Shown here in pieces: positions 11,224-19,214 of a stretch of 32,000 nt of DNA. The stretch is from Bacillota bacterium. GTDB taxonomy: Bacteria; Bacillota; Clostridia; Lachnospirales; Lachnospiraceae. The stretch spans positions 49,193-81,192 of the forward strand of contig JAUNDN010000007.1 in the NCBI GenBank assembly GCA_030526045.1, given 5' to 3'. Positions within the stretch are counted from its first letter, which is position 1. Every line of letters begins with the position of its first letter. The notes beneath the pieces are model-generated. The model did no database searches, had not been told where the DNA came from, and saw nothing but the letters and a program-made list of their open reading frames with translations. A program made the translations under genes and the position numbers.

Positions 11224-13755
11224 ATGAAAAAAACAATCATTAAGGGAGCTATTGTAATTTTGGTATTTTTTACGGCTCTGTTTGTAATAAGCGGCATTAT
11301 GAATAAGGGAAATACGGATATGACAGCGGAGATGGCGGATGCAACTCTTCCGGTAATATCTGTAAATTACGGAGGTCATGAAATCAATAAGATGTTCGGC
11401 TATCGGGAGGCAATGGAGACCAGCCAGATGCGGGAGAGCATCACTCCCTTAGCTTCCGGTCGAAAAATCAATCTGGTGATAAATCCCTATCAAAACAGAA
11501 TTAATGAGATTGCCTATGAACTCAGAAGTGTTGATGGAAGCAGACTGATTGAGAATACTGAAATTCGGGAGTTTGAGCAGGCGGAGGATAAAATTGAGGT
11601 TTCCTTTGGGCTCAAGGATCTGATTGAAAGTAACCGGGAATATCTTCTGGTGGTCGTATTGACGTTGGAAAACGGGGAGGAAATTCGTTACTATACCAGG
11701 GTTATTTATCCGGAAGAGTATTATGTGATCGATAAGCTTGACTACATTGTGGATTTTTCAACCAGAACCTTTGACAAAGAAGCAGCAAAGGAATTGACGA
11801 AATATTTGGAATCAAATTCGGAGGGGGATAATACAAATTTCGGACGCGTCACGATCCATAGCAGCTTTAACCAGGTGACCTGGGGTGACCTTGAGGTCAC
11901 CAGAGAAAGCCGGCCGGAAATCACCATAAAGGATATTGGTCCTCAGACGGGAAATTTTGTGATGCAATATTACGTTTCCATGCCTTACGGAGGGGAAATT
12001 CATTATTACCGGGTGAAGGAATATTATCGGGTTCGCTACACGGCAGACAGAATGTATCTTCTGGATTATGAAAGGACAATGGATCAGGTTTTTGATCAAA
12101 AGGGAGATGCTTACGCAAATAATAAGATCATGCTCGGAATCACCAGTGAGGAGACGGAAATTGTAGAGAGCGACGGCGGCAACGTGATTGCTTTCATTAC
12201 CGGCAACCGCTTGTTCAGCTATAATGTAGCCGATAATAAGCTTGCATTCCTGTTTGGCTTTTATGACGGAAACCATTCGGATGAGAGAGCACTTTATGAT
12301 GGTCATCGGATTAAAATTTTGAATCTGGATGAAGGTGGAAATGTGACATTTCTCGTGTTTGGTTATATGAACAGAGGACGTCATGAGGGACAGGTAGGAA
12401 TTTCGGTATTCTTTTATGACAGTACGGTAAATACCGTTGAAGAACTGGTGTATATCCCGTGTGAGCAGGCACAGGAGCTCTTGATTGAGGAAGTAGATCA
12501 GCTTTCCTATATTAATAAGAACGGAATGCTTTACTTGAAATGGAAGAATCAATTTTATGCTATCAACGTTATCAATCGCAGTTGTGAAGTGATCGTGAAG
12601 AATCTGGACGAGGAAAGCTACAAGGTGTCCGAGAGCAATAAGATGGTGGTATGGCAGAAGGATGGAAATGGTTATGGCAGCAGAGAACTGGTGCTCATGA
12701 ATCTGACTACCGGAAACCGGAAAAGTATTCAGGCAGAAGTGAATGAAGTGATTGCACCGATCGGCTTTATGGGAGAAGATCTGATATACGGAATTGCAAG
12801 AAAAAGTGATATAGTAGAGGATTATGCCGGAAATACGATATTTCCAATGTACTGTGTCCGCATTGAGAATGAGACGGAAGGCATATTAATGGAATATCAG
12901 CAGGAGGATATTTACATTTCCTCCGGTGAGGTGACGGGAAATCAGATTATCCTAAAGCGTCTGAAAAAGGAAGGAGATACTTATAAGGAAACTCTTGATG
13001 ACCAGATTATGAATGCGGAGAGTATCGAGGATAATAAAAATGCAGTAGAAATAGCGGCTGTTGATAAATATGAGAAGCTGACGCAGATTTCATTAAAAAA
13101 TAATATTGATGCGGCAACCATAAAGTATCTGACGCCGAAAGAGGTTTTGTTTGAGGGCGGAAGAAGCATTACACTCACTGATGCTGAAGGAAGGCTGGAA
13201 AACTACTATGTATATGGAAAATATGGCATAGAGGCATGCTATACGGACGTGGGAACGGCAGTAAAGACTGCAGACCGCATTTCAGGTGTTGTTGTGGGTG
13301 AGGATGGAGGTTATATCTGGAGAAAGGGCAACAGAAAACTGAGGAATCAGATTATGGCAATACAGGGTGAGGAGCTCAGTGAGGAGAGGAGCTCTCTGGC
13401 AGTCTGTCTGGATACGCTGATGGCATATGAAGGTGTTGTAAGAAATTCCGAATACATGCTTGAAAAGGGAGATTCAGTTCTGACCATTTTAGAGGAAGGT
13501 CTGGAAGGGGCACAAATTCTTGATCTGACAGGATGTTCGCTGGATGCTGTTCTCTATTATGTGGATCGTGAGATTCCTGTATTGGTTATGATGCAGGATG
13601 GAAGTGCGGTACTTCTGATAGGTTTCAATGAAAAAAATACAGTTGTTATGAATCCGGAATCCGGTACTGTATATAAGGTAGGAATGAACGATTCTACAGA
13701 GTGGTTTGAAAAGAACGGAAATCATTTTATTACCTATATCCGAAGCCAAGAATAA
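11224..13755 (+). CDS. Large membrane-anchored extracytoplasmic protein, function unknown
   Basis: 843-aa ORF 16 nt downstream of the methyltransferase, with a GGGAGA ribosome-binding site. N-terminal signal-anchor helix (AIVILVFFTALFVISGI). The central part has beta-rich, propeller-like repeating strands. Confidence 0.7.
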   Translation: MKKTIIKGAIVILVFFTALFVISGIMNKGNTDMTAEMADATLPVISVNYGGHEINKMFGYREAMETSQMRESITPLASGRKINLVINPYQNRINEIAYELRSVDGSRLIENTEIREFEQAEDKIEVSFGLKDLIESNREYLLVVVLTLENGEEIRYYTRVIYPEEYYVIDKLDYIVDFSTRTFDKEAAKELTKYLESNSEGDNTNFGRVTIHSSFNQVTWGDLEVTRESRPEITIKDIGPQTGNFVMQYYVSMPYGGEIHYYRVKEYYRVRYTADRMYLLDYERTMDQVFDQKGDAYANNKIMLGITSEETEIVESDGGNVIAFITGNRLFSYNVADNKLAFLFGFYDGNHSDERALYDGHRIKILNLDEGGNVTFLVFGYMNRGRHEGQVGISVFFYDSTVNTVEELVYIPCEQAQELLIEEVDQLSYINKNGMLYLKWKNQFYAINVINRSCEVIVKNLDEESYKVSESNKMVVWQKDGNGYGSRELVLMNLTTGNRKSIQAEVNEVIAPIGFMGEDLIYGIARKSDIVEDYAGNTIFPMYCVRIENETEGILMEYQQEDIYISSGEVTGNQIILKRLKKEGDTYKETLDDQIMNAESIEDNKNAVEIAAVDKYEKLTQISLKNNIDAATIKYLTPKEVLFEGGRSITLTDAEGRLENYYVYGKYGIEACYTDVGTAVKTADRISGVVVGEDGGYIWRKGNRKLRNQIMAIQGEELSEERSSLAVCLDTLMAYEGVVRNSEYMLEKGDSVLTILEEGLEGAQILDLTGCSLDAVLYYVDREIPVLVMMQDGSAVLLIGFNEKNTVVMNPESGTVYKVGMNDSTEWFEKNGNHFITYIRSQE

Positions 13756-13791
13756 AAAAACAGCGATTTTCCGGTGCTTGCAACCAATAGT

Positions 13792-13840
13792 TTCCCCGGT
13801 TCAAACCAGAGTTGGTAGTGCAACCGGGGAAAATTTGTTT
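13792..13840 (+). terminator. Probable terminator after the 843-aa gene
   Basis: 10-bp GC-rich stem: TTCCCCGGTT (13792-13801) pairs with AACCGGGGAA (13822-13831). The following tract AATTTGTTT is only moderately T-rich. Confidence 0.5.
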
Positions 13841-13894
13841 AAATCGTCCCATAAGGCAGGCCGAAAAAATAATAGAAGGAGAAAGCTTTTTAAA

Positions 13895-14755
13895 ATGAAT
13901 ATTGAAATTGCAAACAGACTAGTTAATTTAAGAAAGGAACACAATCTATCCCAGGAAGCATTAGCAGAAAAGCTTGGGATCAGTAGGCAGGCAGTCAGCA
14001 AATGGGAAAGGGCAGAGGCTTCCCCTGATACGGATAATCTGATTCTGCTGGCACGACTTTACGGGGTGTCATTAGACGAACTGCTCAAGACGGAGGATGA
14101 GATCCCCATGCCGGAAAGAAGTGAACAGTTAGAAGGCACCGATAACCTGAAAGATGGAAGTACATACAGTGAAAAGGAGACCTGGGGGGACGGTGTCAAT
14201 TCAGGAAGTAATGATAAGGACGAATATGTTCATGTAGGGTTTCAGGGTGTTCATGTGAAGGATCAGAACGGAGAGGTTCATGTTGGATGGGACGGCATTC
14301 ATGTGGATGATAAGAAAAAGGGAGACAATGTTCATATTGATAAGAATGGTGTGTATGTCAATGGAGAGAAATATGATAAGGAATGGTTTTCTCACCACAG
14401 ACATTTCCCGATGGGGTTGCTTATCACCGTGATCTATATTGTGATCGGATGTATGTGGAATGCATGGCACCCCGGATGGCTTTTGTTTTTCCTCATTCCA
14501 ATCTGGTACTCTTTAGTGGATGCTATTGAAAAGAGAAATGCAAGCCACTTTGCGTATCCTGTTCTGGCCACTTTGGTTTTCCTGTGCCTTGGTTTTTTCC
14601 AATTTGCATGGCATCCGGGCTGGGTAGTATTTTTGACAATACCGTTATATTATTCATTGGTTGAATATTTGAAGGCGGAACATAGAAGAAAACAGGATCG
14701 TGATGTAAATCTGCAGCAGCCTGGGGAAGAAAGTGCAGGTGAAGCAGATGAATAA
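13895..14755 (+). CDS. XRE-family HTH transcriptional regulator with C-terminal integral-membrane domain
   Basis: ATG 13895 follows AAGGAG. The N-terminus (LRKEHNLSQEALAEKLGISRQAVSKWERAEASPD) is a canonical XRE HTH. The C-terminus has 4 TM helices with a duplicated WHPGW motif. Confidence 0.8.
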   Translation: MNIEIANRLVNLRKEHNLSQEALAEKLGISRQAVSKWERAEASPDTDNLILLARLYGVSLDELLKTEDEIPMPERSEQLEGTDNLKDGSTYSEKETWGDGVNSGSNDKDEYVHVGFQGVHVKDQNGEVHVGWDGIHVDDKKKGDNVHIDKNGVYVNGEKYDKEWFSHHRHFPMGLLITVIYIVIGCMWNAWHPGWLLFFLIPIWYSLVDAIEKRNASHFAYPVLATLVFLCLGFFQFAWHPGWVVFLTIPLYYSLVEYLKAEHRRKQDRDVNLQQPGEESAGEADE

Positions 14756-15743
14756 GAGTAAGCTTCTATTTTGGAGCGGAGCAGCAGTTATCCTTATCTT
14801 TGCTTTGTTGATCAGCATTGGAAGTGTAAGAGGAGCAAAAAGCATGAACGGTAATGGAGGGATTTTTACGTTCTCAATCGGAGGAAAAGCAAAGCTTAGA
14901 AACACCATAGAGTATCCTGCTTCTGAAGTGAATGCACTTACCTTAGAATATGGAAGCAAAAATGTCTATGTTTATCCGTCACAGGAAGATAAAATTGTGG
15001 TTAAGGAATATCTGATCAGTGATAATCCTGCAGCACAGGCAACTGTTACCGAGACAGAGAACGGAGAAGTGGTTGTGAGGGGAAGTCAGACCAATCATTT
15101 TGTATTATTCGGAATCTTTATCGGAATGGGAGAGCGAATTGAAGTCTATATTCCGAAAACGGAGCTGAAAGCACTTTCCATTACAACCGGAAGCGGTAAT
15201 ATCGCGTCGGAAGCAGATTTTACAAATGCAGAAGGGACACTGTCTGTTCAGGCAGGCAGCGGAAATATCCATTGGGATACAGCACTGGCGAAGGAACTCA
15301 GCTTTCAGGCAGGAAGCGGCAATGTCAGACTGGATAATATAACAGGAGTTATTAAAATTAAAACCGGAAGTGGCAATATAACATGTGATGGAATATCGGG
15401 ACCAGCCGATATCAAGGCAGGCAGTGGCAATATTACTGTAGAAGAGTTCTGCGGAAGTGGAAGTGCTCTTGCAGGTAGCGGAAATATCAAAATAGATGCA
15501 GATGAAATAACAGATGATATTAAAATAGAGACCGGTAGCGGAAACAGCAGACTGGAGATCCCGGAGAGCTTGTCCTTCCGGTTTGAGGCTAAGACCGGTA
15601 GCGGAAATATCAATACTGATTTTGATGATGTCTTGACCTTCAATAAGAAGGGAAACCAGGCAGAGGGAAGCGTAGGAACGGACCCTGCAGTCAACATTTC
15701 CATGAGAGCAAACAGTGGGAATGTGAGGGTCGTTACAGATTAG
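14748..15743 (+). CDS. DUF4097-family beta-strand repeat protein (LiaG-like putative adhesin fold), membrane anchored
   Basis: N-terminal TM helix, then about 10 copies of [TA]GSGN[IV] at roughly 20-aa spacing. The ATG overlaps the upstream stop (ATGAATAA), which indicates translational coupling. Confidence 0.8.
   Translation: MNKSKLLFWSGAAVILIFALLISIGSVRGAKSMNGNGGIFTFSIGGKAKLRNTIEYPASEVNALTLEYGSKNVYVYPSQEDKIVVKEYLISDNPAAQATVTETENGEVVVRGSQTNHFVLFGIFIGMGERIEVYIPKTELKALSITTGSGNIASEADFTNAEGTLSVQAGSGNIHWDTALAKELSFQAGSGNVRLDNITGVIKIKTGSGNITCDGISGPADIKAGSGNITVEEFCGSGSALAGSGNIKIDADEITDDIKIETGSGNSRLEIPESLSFRFEAKTGSGNINTDFDDVLTFNKKGNQAEGSVGTDPAVNISMRANSGNVRVVTD
15189..15735 (+). repeat. Intragenic periodic coding repeat (GSGN[IV] beta-helix rungs)
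   Basis: Recurrent GG(A/C/T)AGCGG(A/C/T)AA(T/C) units, about 57-66 nt apart, inside the DUF4097 gene. Confidence 0.7.
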
Positions 15744-15755
15744 AAAGATTTATTC

Positions 15756-15847
15756 ACCCCATTTCAGAATTTTTATAAACAACCCGATTTCAAACTTGCT
15801 TTGCTTCGAACAAAGAAATCGGGTTGTAAATTTTCTGAAATGGGGTG
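15756..15847. terminator. Long bipartite hairpin between convergent genes (bidirectional terminator candidate)
   Basis: Outer arms CACCCCATTTCAGAA / TTCTGAAATGGGGTG (15 bp). Inner arms ACAACCCGATTTC / GAAATCGGGTTGT (13 bp). Apical CTTTG...CAAAG stem. Lies between the DUF4097 stop (15743) and the queT stop (15856). Confidence 0.65.
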
Positions 15848-15855
15848 ATTGATTG

Positions 15856-16380
15856 TTAACTGAGACTGAAAAGTTTTGCACTGTATTTCTGAAGGGAGAA
15901 TAGCAGGAGCATTCCGAGAACGCCGCAGGATATGATTTCTCCGATCGTTACAGTGATAAAGGAAAGCCAAAGGGGTCTGATTCCGTAGGCATACAGCAGT
16001 ACAAAGGGAACGATCAGGGCATTTGCCACAATGGGGGGAACAGGTGCAAACCATTTACATTTACGCAACTTGCGGGTGAGAATGGCACCGATCAATGTAG
16101 CAAGGCTGCCAAAAATGATATCGGGAATCGCGCACCCTGTTAGAATGTTGGACAACAGACACCCTATGAACAGACCGGGGATGGCAGCTGGAGTAAAGTA
16201 AGGCAGAATGGTAAGCGCCTCAGAAATCCTCACCTGGATTGCATAGTTGGCAAGTCCCAGAGCATTTGCCAGATAGGTGAGAACAACGTAGAGGGCAGCA
16301 ATCATAGCTGCCTGGGCGAGTGGTAACACATGACGAGATGATACGGCTGTTACCGGAGCCGCATGTTTGGTTTCTTTCAT
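15856..16380 (-). CDS. queT: Queuosine-precursor ECF transporter S component QueT
   Basis: About 174 aa, 5-6 TM helices, sequence typical of QueT (AMIAALYVVLTY...QVRISEALTILPYF...GSLATLIGA). ATG 16380 follows AAAGGAG. The upstream part of the track ORF (16381-16491) is leader, not coding. Confidence 0.85.
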   Translation of the reverse strand: MKETKHAAPVTAVSSRHVLPLAQAAMIAALYVVLTYLANALGLANYAIQVRISEALTILPYFTPAAIPGLFIGCLLSNILTGCAIPDIIFGSLATLIGAILTRKLRKCKWFAPVPPIVANALIVPFVLLYAYGIRPLWLSFITVTIGEIISCGVLGMLLLFSLQKYSAKLFSLS

Positions 16381-16385
16381 ATTTT

Positions 16386-16490
16386 TTTCTCCTTTAGTTT
16401 TGTTTTTTTCTTCGCAAACTGCGATGCGGTCAGGAAGGTCTCGAACTGACCGGTTATTTATGGAAAAGCTTGATTTTAGAAGATTTTCCA
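16386..16490 (-). ncRNA. Candidate preQ1 riboswitch in the queT leader (pseudoknot with embedded hairpin, class II/III-like architecture; class not resolved)
   Basis: The minus-strand RNA has these elements:
- A 7-bp stem CGGUCAG/CUGACCG with the 12-nt loop UUCGAGACCUUC.
- A small hairpin CGCA-GUU-UGCG.
- An A-rich tract AAGAAAAAAACAAAACUAAAGGAG.
Loop CCUU can pair with AAGG of the Shine-Dalgarno sequence. The genomic context (queT) is the classic preQ1 riboswitch target. Confidence 0.5.
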
Positions 16491-16497
16491 AAGGTTT

Positions 16498-16525
16498 ATT
16501 ATACTGGAAAAGAAAAGAAAGTCAA
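16498..16525 (-). promoter_or_regulatory. Sigma-A promoter for queT
   Basis: On the minus strand: TTGACT (16525-16520), 16-nt spacer, TATAAT (16503-16498). This predicts a leader of about 110 nt. Confidence 0.6.
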
Positions 16526-16618
16526 GTGGCATTGCGGTTGCGAAAAAGGACTTTGCGTGATACATTAATTATAGTTATCTACTTAATCATTTATTGTTTT
16601 AAGGGAGGAATTCTGCTT

Positions 16619-18196
16619 ATGTTTCAGGACAACAAAATCTGGATTGGAAAATCAGAAGACGAGAAGGTATACATATATCCGAAGATGGCAAACCGTCATG
16701 GAATGATTGCAGGTGCAACGGGAACAGGGAAAACCATTACCCTTAAGGTACTTGCAGAGTCCTTCAGTGACTGTGGCGTGCCGGTATTTCTGGCAGATGT
16801 AAAGGGAGACCTGGCGGGCATGTGTAAGCCGGGTGTGGTAAGTGAAAGCCTGCAAAAGCGTATCGATGGCATGGGACTTGCGGAAGAGGGATTTCAGTTT
16901 CACTCTTATCCTACCACTTATTGGGATGTATACGGGGAAAAGGGCCTGCCCCTTCGCACCACTATCTCTGAAATGGGTCCGCTGCTTCTCAGCAGAATCA
17001 TGGGCTTAAATGAGGTTCAGACAGATATTCTTACCATTATTTTTAAGATAGCGGATGATGAGGGGCTGCTACTTCTTGATACCAAAGATCTGCGTTCCCT
17101 GCTTCAATATATCAGTGAAAATGCGAAGGATTATGCACAGCAGTACGGAAACATGTCCAAGCAGAGCCTGGGAGCAATTATTCGTGCATTGATTGCATTA
17201 GAAGCTGAGGGAGGAGAAACCTTCTTTGCGGAGCCTGCGCTGAATATTTCTGACTGGATGTGTACAGACTGTAACGGAAAGGGTGTCATTCAGGTGCTGG
17301 ATTGCCAGAAGCTGATCAACAGTCCGACTATGTACTCCACCTTCCTGCTTTGGATGCTGTCTGAACTGTTTGAGGTATTGCCGGAGGCAGGAGACCGGGA
17401 AAAGCCTAAGATGGTCTTTTTCTTTGATGAGGCACATCTTCTTTTTGATTCTGCTTCAAAGACATTATTGGATAAGATCGAGCAGGTGGTAAAGCTGATC
17501 CGTTCTAAGGGTGTGGGCATTTACTTTATTACCCAGAATCCAAGGGATATTCCGGATGGCGTACTGGGGCAGCTGGGAAATAAGATTCAGCATGCGCTTC
17601 ATGCCTATACGCCGTCAGAACAGAAGGCGGCAAAGGCAGCAGCACAGTCCTTCCGCGAGAATCCGGAATTTGATACCTTTGAAACGCTGACACAGTTGGG
17701 AATCGGAGAAGCACTGATTTCCGTGCTCGATGAAGAGGGTATTCCCACTGTGGTGAAGAAGTGCAGCATTCTTCCGCCTCAGAGTCAGATGGGGGCACTG
17801 GAGGATGAAGTGAGAAAAGCACAGATTACAGATCATCTGCTTTATACAAAGTATACACAGTACATCGACCGGGAATCCGCTTATGAGATCTTGGAAAAGA
17901 GAGTCGTGGCTGAGGATGAAGAAGAGAGGAAGGCAGCTGAGGCTACAGAAGCAGAGAAGCAGCGCTTGAAGGAAGAGGAAGCGGCTAGAAAGGCTGAGGA
18001 AAAGAAGCTTGCTGCCAGAGATAAGCAGATTAAGAGCGCAGCCAGGAGTGTGGCAAGCTCTGCAGGAGGTACGATCGGAAGAGAGCTTGGCAATCAGCTC
18101 GGCAAATCCATCGGCGGCAGCTTTGGTAAGAAGCTGGGTGGCAATGTGGGTGCTTCGCTGGGGAGAGGAATTCTGAGTACATTATTTAAGAAGTAA
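16619..18196 (+). CDS. DUF853 / HerA-like P-loop ATPase (YjgR family)
   Basis: ATG 16619 follows GGGAGG. Walker A GATGTGKT and Walker B VFFFDEAH. K/E/A-rich then Gly-rich C-terminal tail typical of YjgR. The 84 N-terminal codons in the ORF track overlap the queT leader and are not credible. Confidence 0.85.
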   Translation: MFQDNKIWIGKSEDEKVYIYPKMANRHGMIAGATGTGKTITLKVLAESFSDCGVPVFLADVKGDLAGMCKPGVVSESLQKRIDGMGLAEEGFQFHSYPTTYWDVYGEKGLPLRTTISEMGPLLLSRIMGLNEVQTDILTIIFKIADDEGLLLLDTKDLRSLLQYISENAKDYAQQYGNMSKQSLGAIIRALIALEAEGGETFFAEPALNISDWMCTDCNGKGVIQVLDCQKLINSPTMYSTFLLWMLSELFEVLPEAGDREKPKMVFFFDEAHLLFDSASKTLLDKIEQVVKLIRSKGVGIYFITQNPRDIPDGVLGQLGNKIQHALHAYTPSEQKAAKAAAQSFRENPEFDTFETLTQLGIGEALISVLDEEGIPTVVKKCSILPPQSQMGALEDEVRKAQITDHLLYTKYTQYIDRESAYEILEKRVVAEDEEERKAAEATEAEKQRLKEEEAARKAEEKKLAARDKQIKSAARSVASSAGGTIGRELGNQLGKSIGGSFGKKLGGNVGASLGRGILSTLFKK

Positions 18197-18230
18197 ATGA
18201 TAAAGGTGGAATAAGACAGGAGGGACTTAC

Positions 18231-19205
18231 ATGTGTACAGCAGCAGTCTATAAAACGAAGGATCATTATTTCGGACGCAATCTGGATTTCGATATTTCTT
18301 ATGGAGAAAAGATTGCGATCACACCAAGAAATTATCCTTTTTCCTTTCGAAAAGTAAGTGGCTTTGAGAATCATTATGCCATGATCGGCATGGCAACAGT
18401 GGTGGGAGGCTATCCTCTTTATTATGATGCCACGAACGAAAAGGGTCTCAGCATGGCGGGATTGCTTTTTGCTGGAAATGCGGTATTTCAGCCGGAGGCA
18501 GAAGGCAAGGACAATGTGACACCTTTTGAATTTATTCCATGGATATTGGGGCAATGTGCAGATTTAAAGGAGACAAAGGCGCTTCTTGAGAAAATCAATC
18601 TGGTGAATATTCCGTTTAGCGAGGAGCTTCCGCTCTCTCCGCTCCACTGGATGATCTCTGATCGGGAAGGCTCCATCACCGTTGAGGCGGTTCAGGAAGG
18701 ACTGAAGGTTTATGAGAATCCGGTTCAGGTATTGACGAACAATCCTCCATTTGATATGCAGATGTTTAACCTGAGTAATTATCGGAACCTGTCTACTGAC
18801 AATCCGGAAAATCTTTTTGCAAAGGGGCTGGAGCTTAAGACCTACAGCCGCGGTATGGGGGCAATGGGACTGCCCGGGGATCTATCCTCACAGTCGCGCT
18901 TTGTGAAGGTTGCCTTTACCAAAATGAATTCTCTTTCCGGAGACTCGGAATCCGAGAGTGTCAGCCAGTTTTTCCATATACTGACTTCTGTGGAGCAGCA
19001 GCGGGGATTGGTACACATGGGAGAGGGTAAATATGAGATTACCATTTACAGCTCCTGCTGTAATACCGACAAAGGAATTTATTATTATACCACCTATGAA
19101 AACAGTCAGATTACCGGCGTTGACATGCATAGAGAGAACCTGGACGGCGACAGTGTAGTGACCTATCCGCTGATTACCGGACAGCAGATCCGAATGCAGA
19201 ATTAG
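18231..19205 (+). CDS. Choloylglycine hydrolase family protein (bile salt hydrolase / linear amide C-N hydrolase, Ntn type)
   Basis: MCTAAVYKTKDHYFGRNLDF has the nucleophile Cys at position 2 and the conserved R-N-x-D context. 324 aa. AGGAGGG ribosome-binding site. Confidence 0.85.
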   Translation: MCTAAVYKTKDHYFGRNLDFDISYGEKIAITPRNYPFSFRKVSGFENHYAMIGMATVVGGYPLYYDATNEKGLSMAGLLFAGNAVFQPEAEGKDNVTPFEFIPWILGQCADLKETKALLEKINLVNIPFSEELPLSPLHWMISDREGSITVEAVQEGLKVYENPVQVLTNNPPFDMQMFNLSNYRNLSTDNPENLFAKGLELKTYSRGMGAMGLPGDLSSQSRFVKVAFTKMNSLSGDSESESVSQFFHILTSVEQQRGLVHMGEGKYEITIYSSCCNTDKGIYYYTTYENSQITGVDMHRENLDGDSVVTYPLITGQQIRMQN

Positions 19206-19214
19206 TGGTAGCTA

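Noticed and set aside
13706-13894. N-terminal extension of the XRE ORF given in the track (start 13706)
   Set aside because: The extension overlaps the 3' end of the 843-aa gene and runs through the terminator hairpin. ATG 13895 has a good AAGGAG ribosome-binding site and begins exactly at the HTH domain.
15305-15703. 132-aa minus-strand ORF with LPLP repeats
   Set aside because: It is the antisense shadow of the GSGN repeat of the DUF4097 gene. The periodicity comes from the sense-strand repeat.
16367-16618. N-terminal 84 codons of the DUF853 ORF in the track
   Set aside because: The extension overlaps the queT start, leader and promoter. The conserved protein begins at MFQDNKIW (16619), after GGGAGG.
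16619-18196. HerA-like ATPase as part of an anti-phage system (SIR2-HerA / DUF4297-HerA type)
   Set aside because: No nuclease, SIR2 or DUF4297 partner gene is adjacent. The sequence, including the Lys/Gly-rich tail, fits the widespread housekeeping-like DUF853/YjgR family. GC content looks like core genome.
19206-19214. Convergent gene ends (hydrolase + strand, YczE-like - strand) only 9 nt apart with no hairpin
   Set aside because: I noted it as odd, but short convergent junctions with terminators inside coding sequence are common. Nothing further is supported by the sequence.
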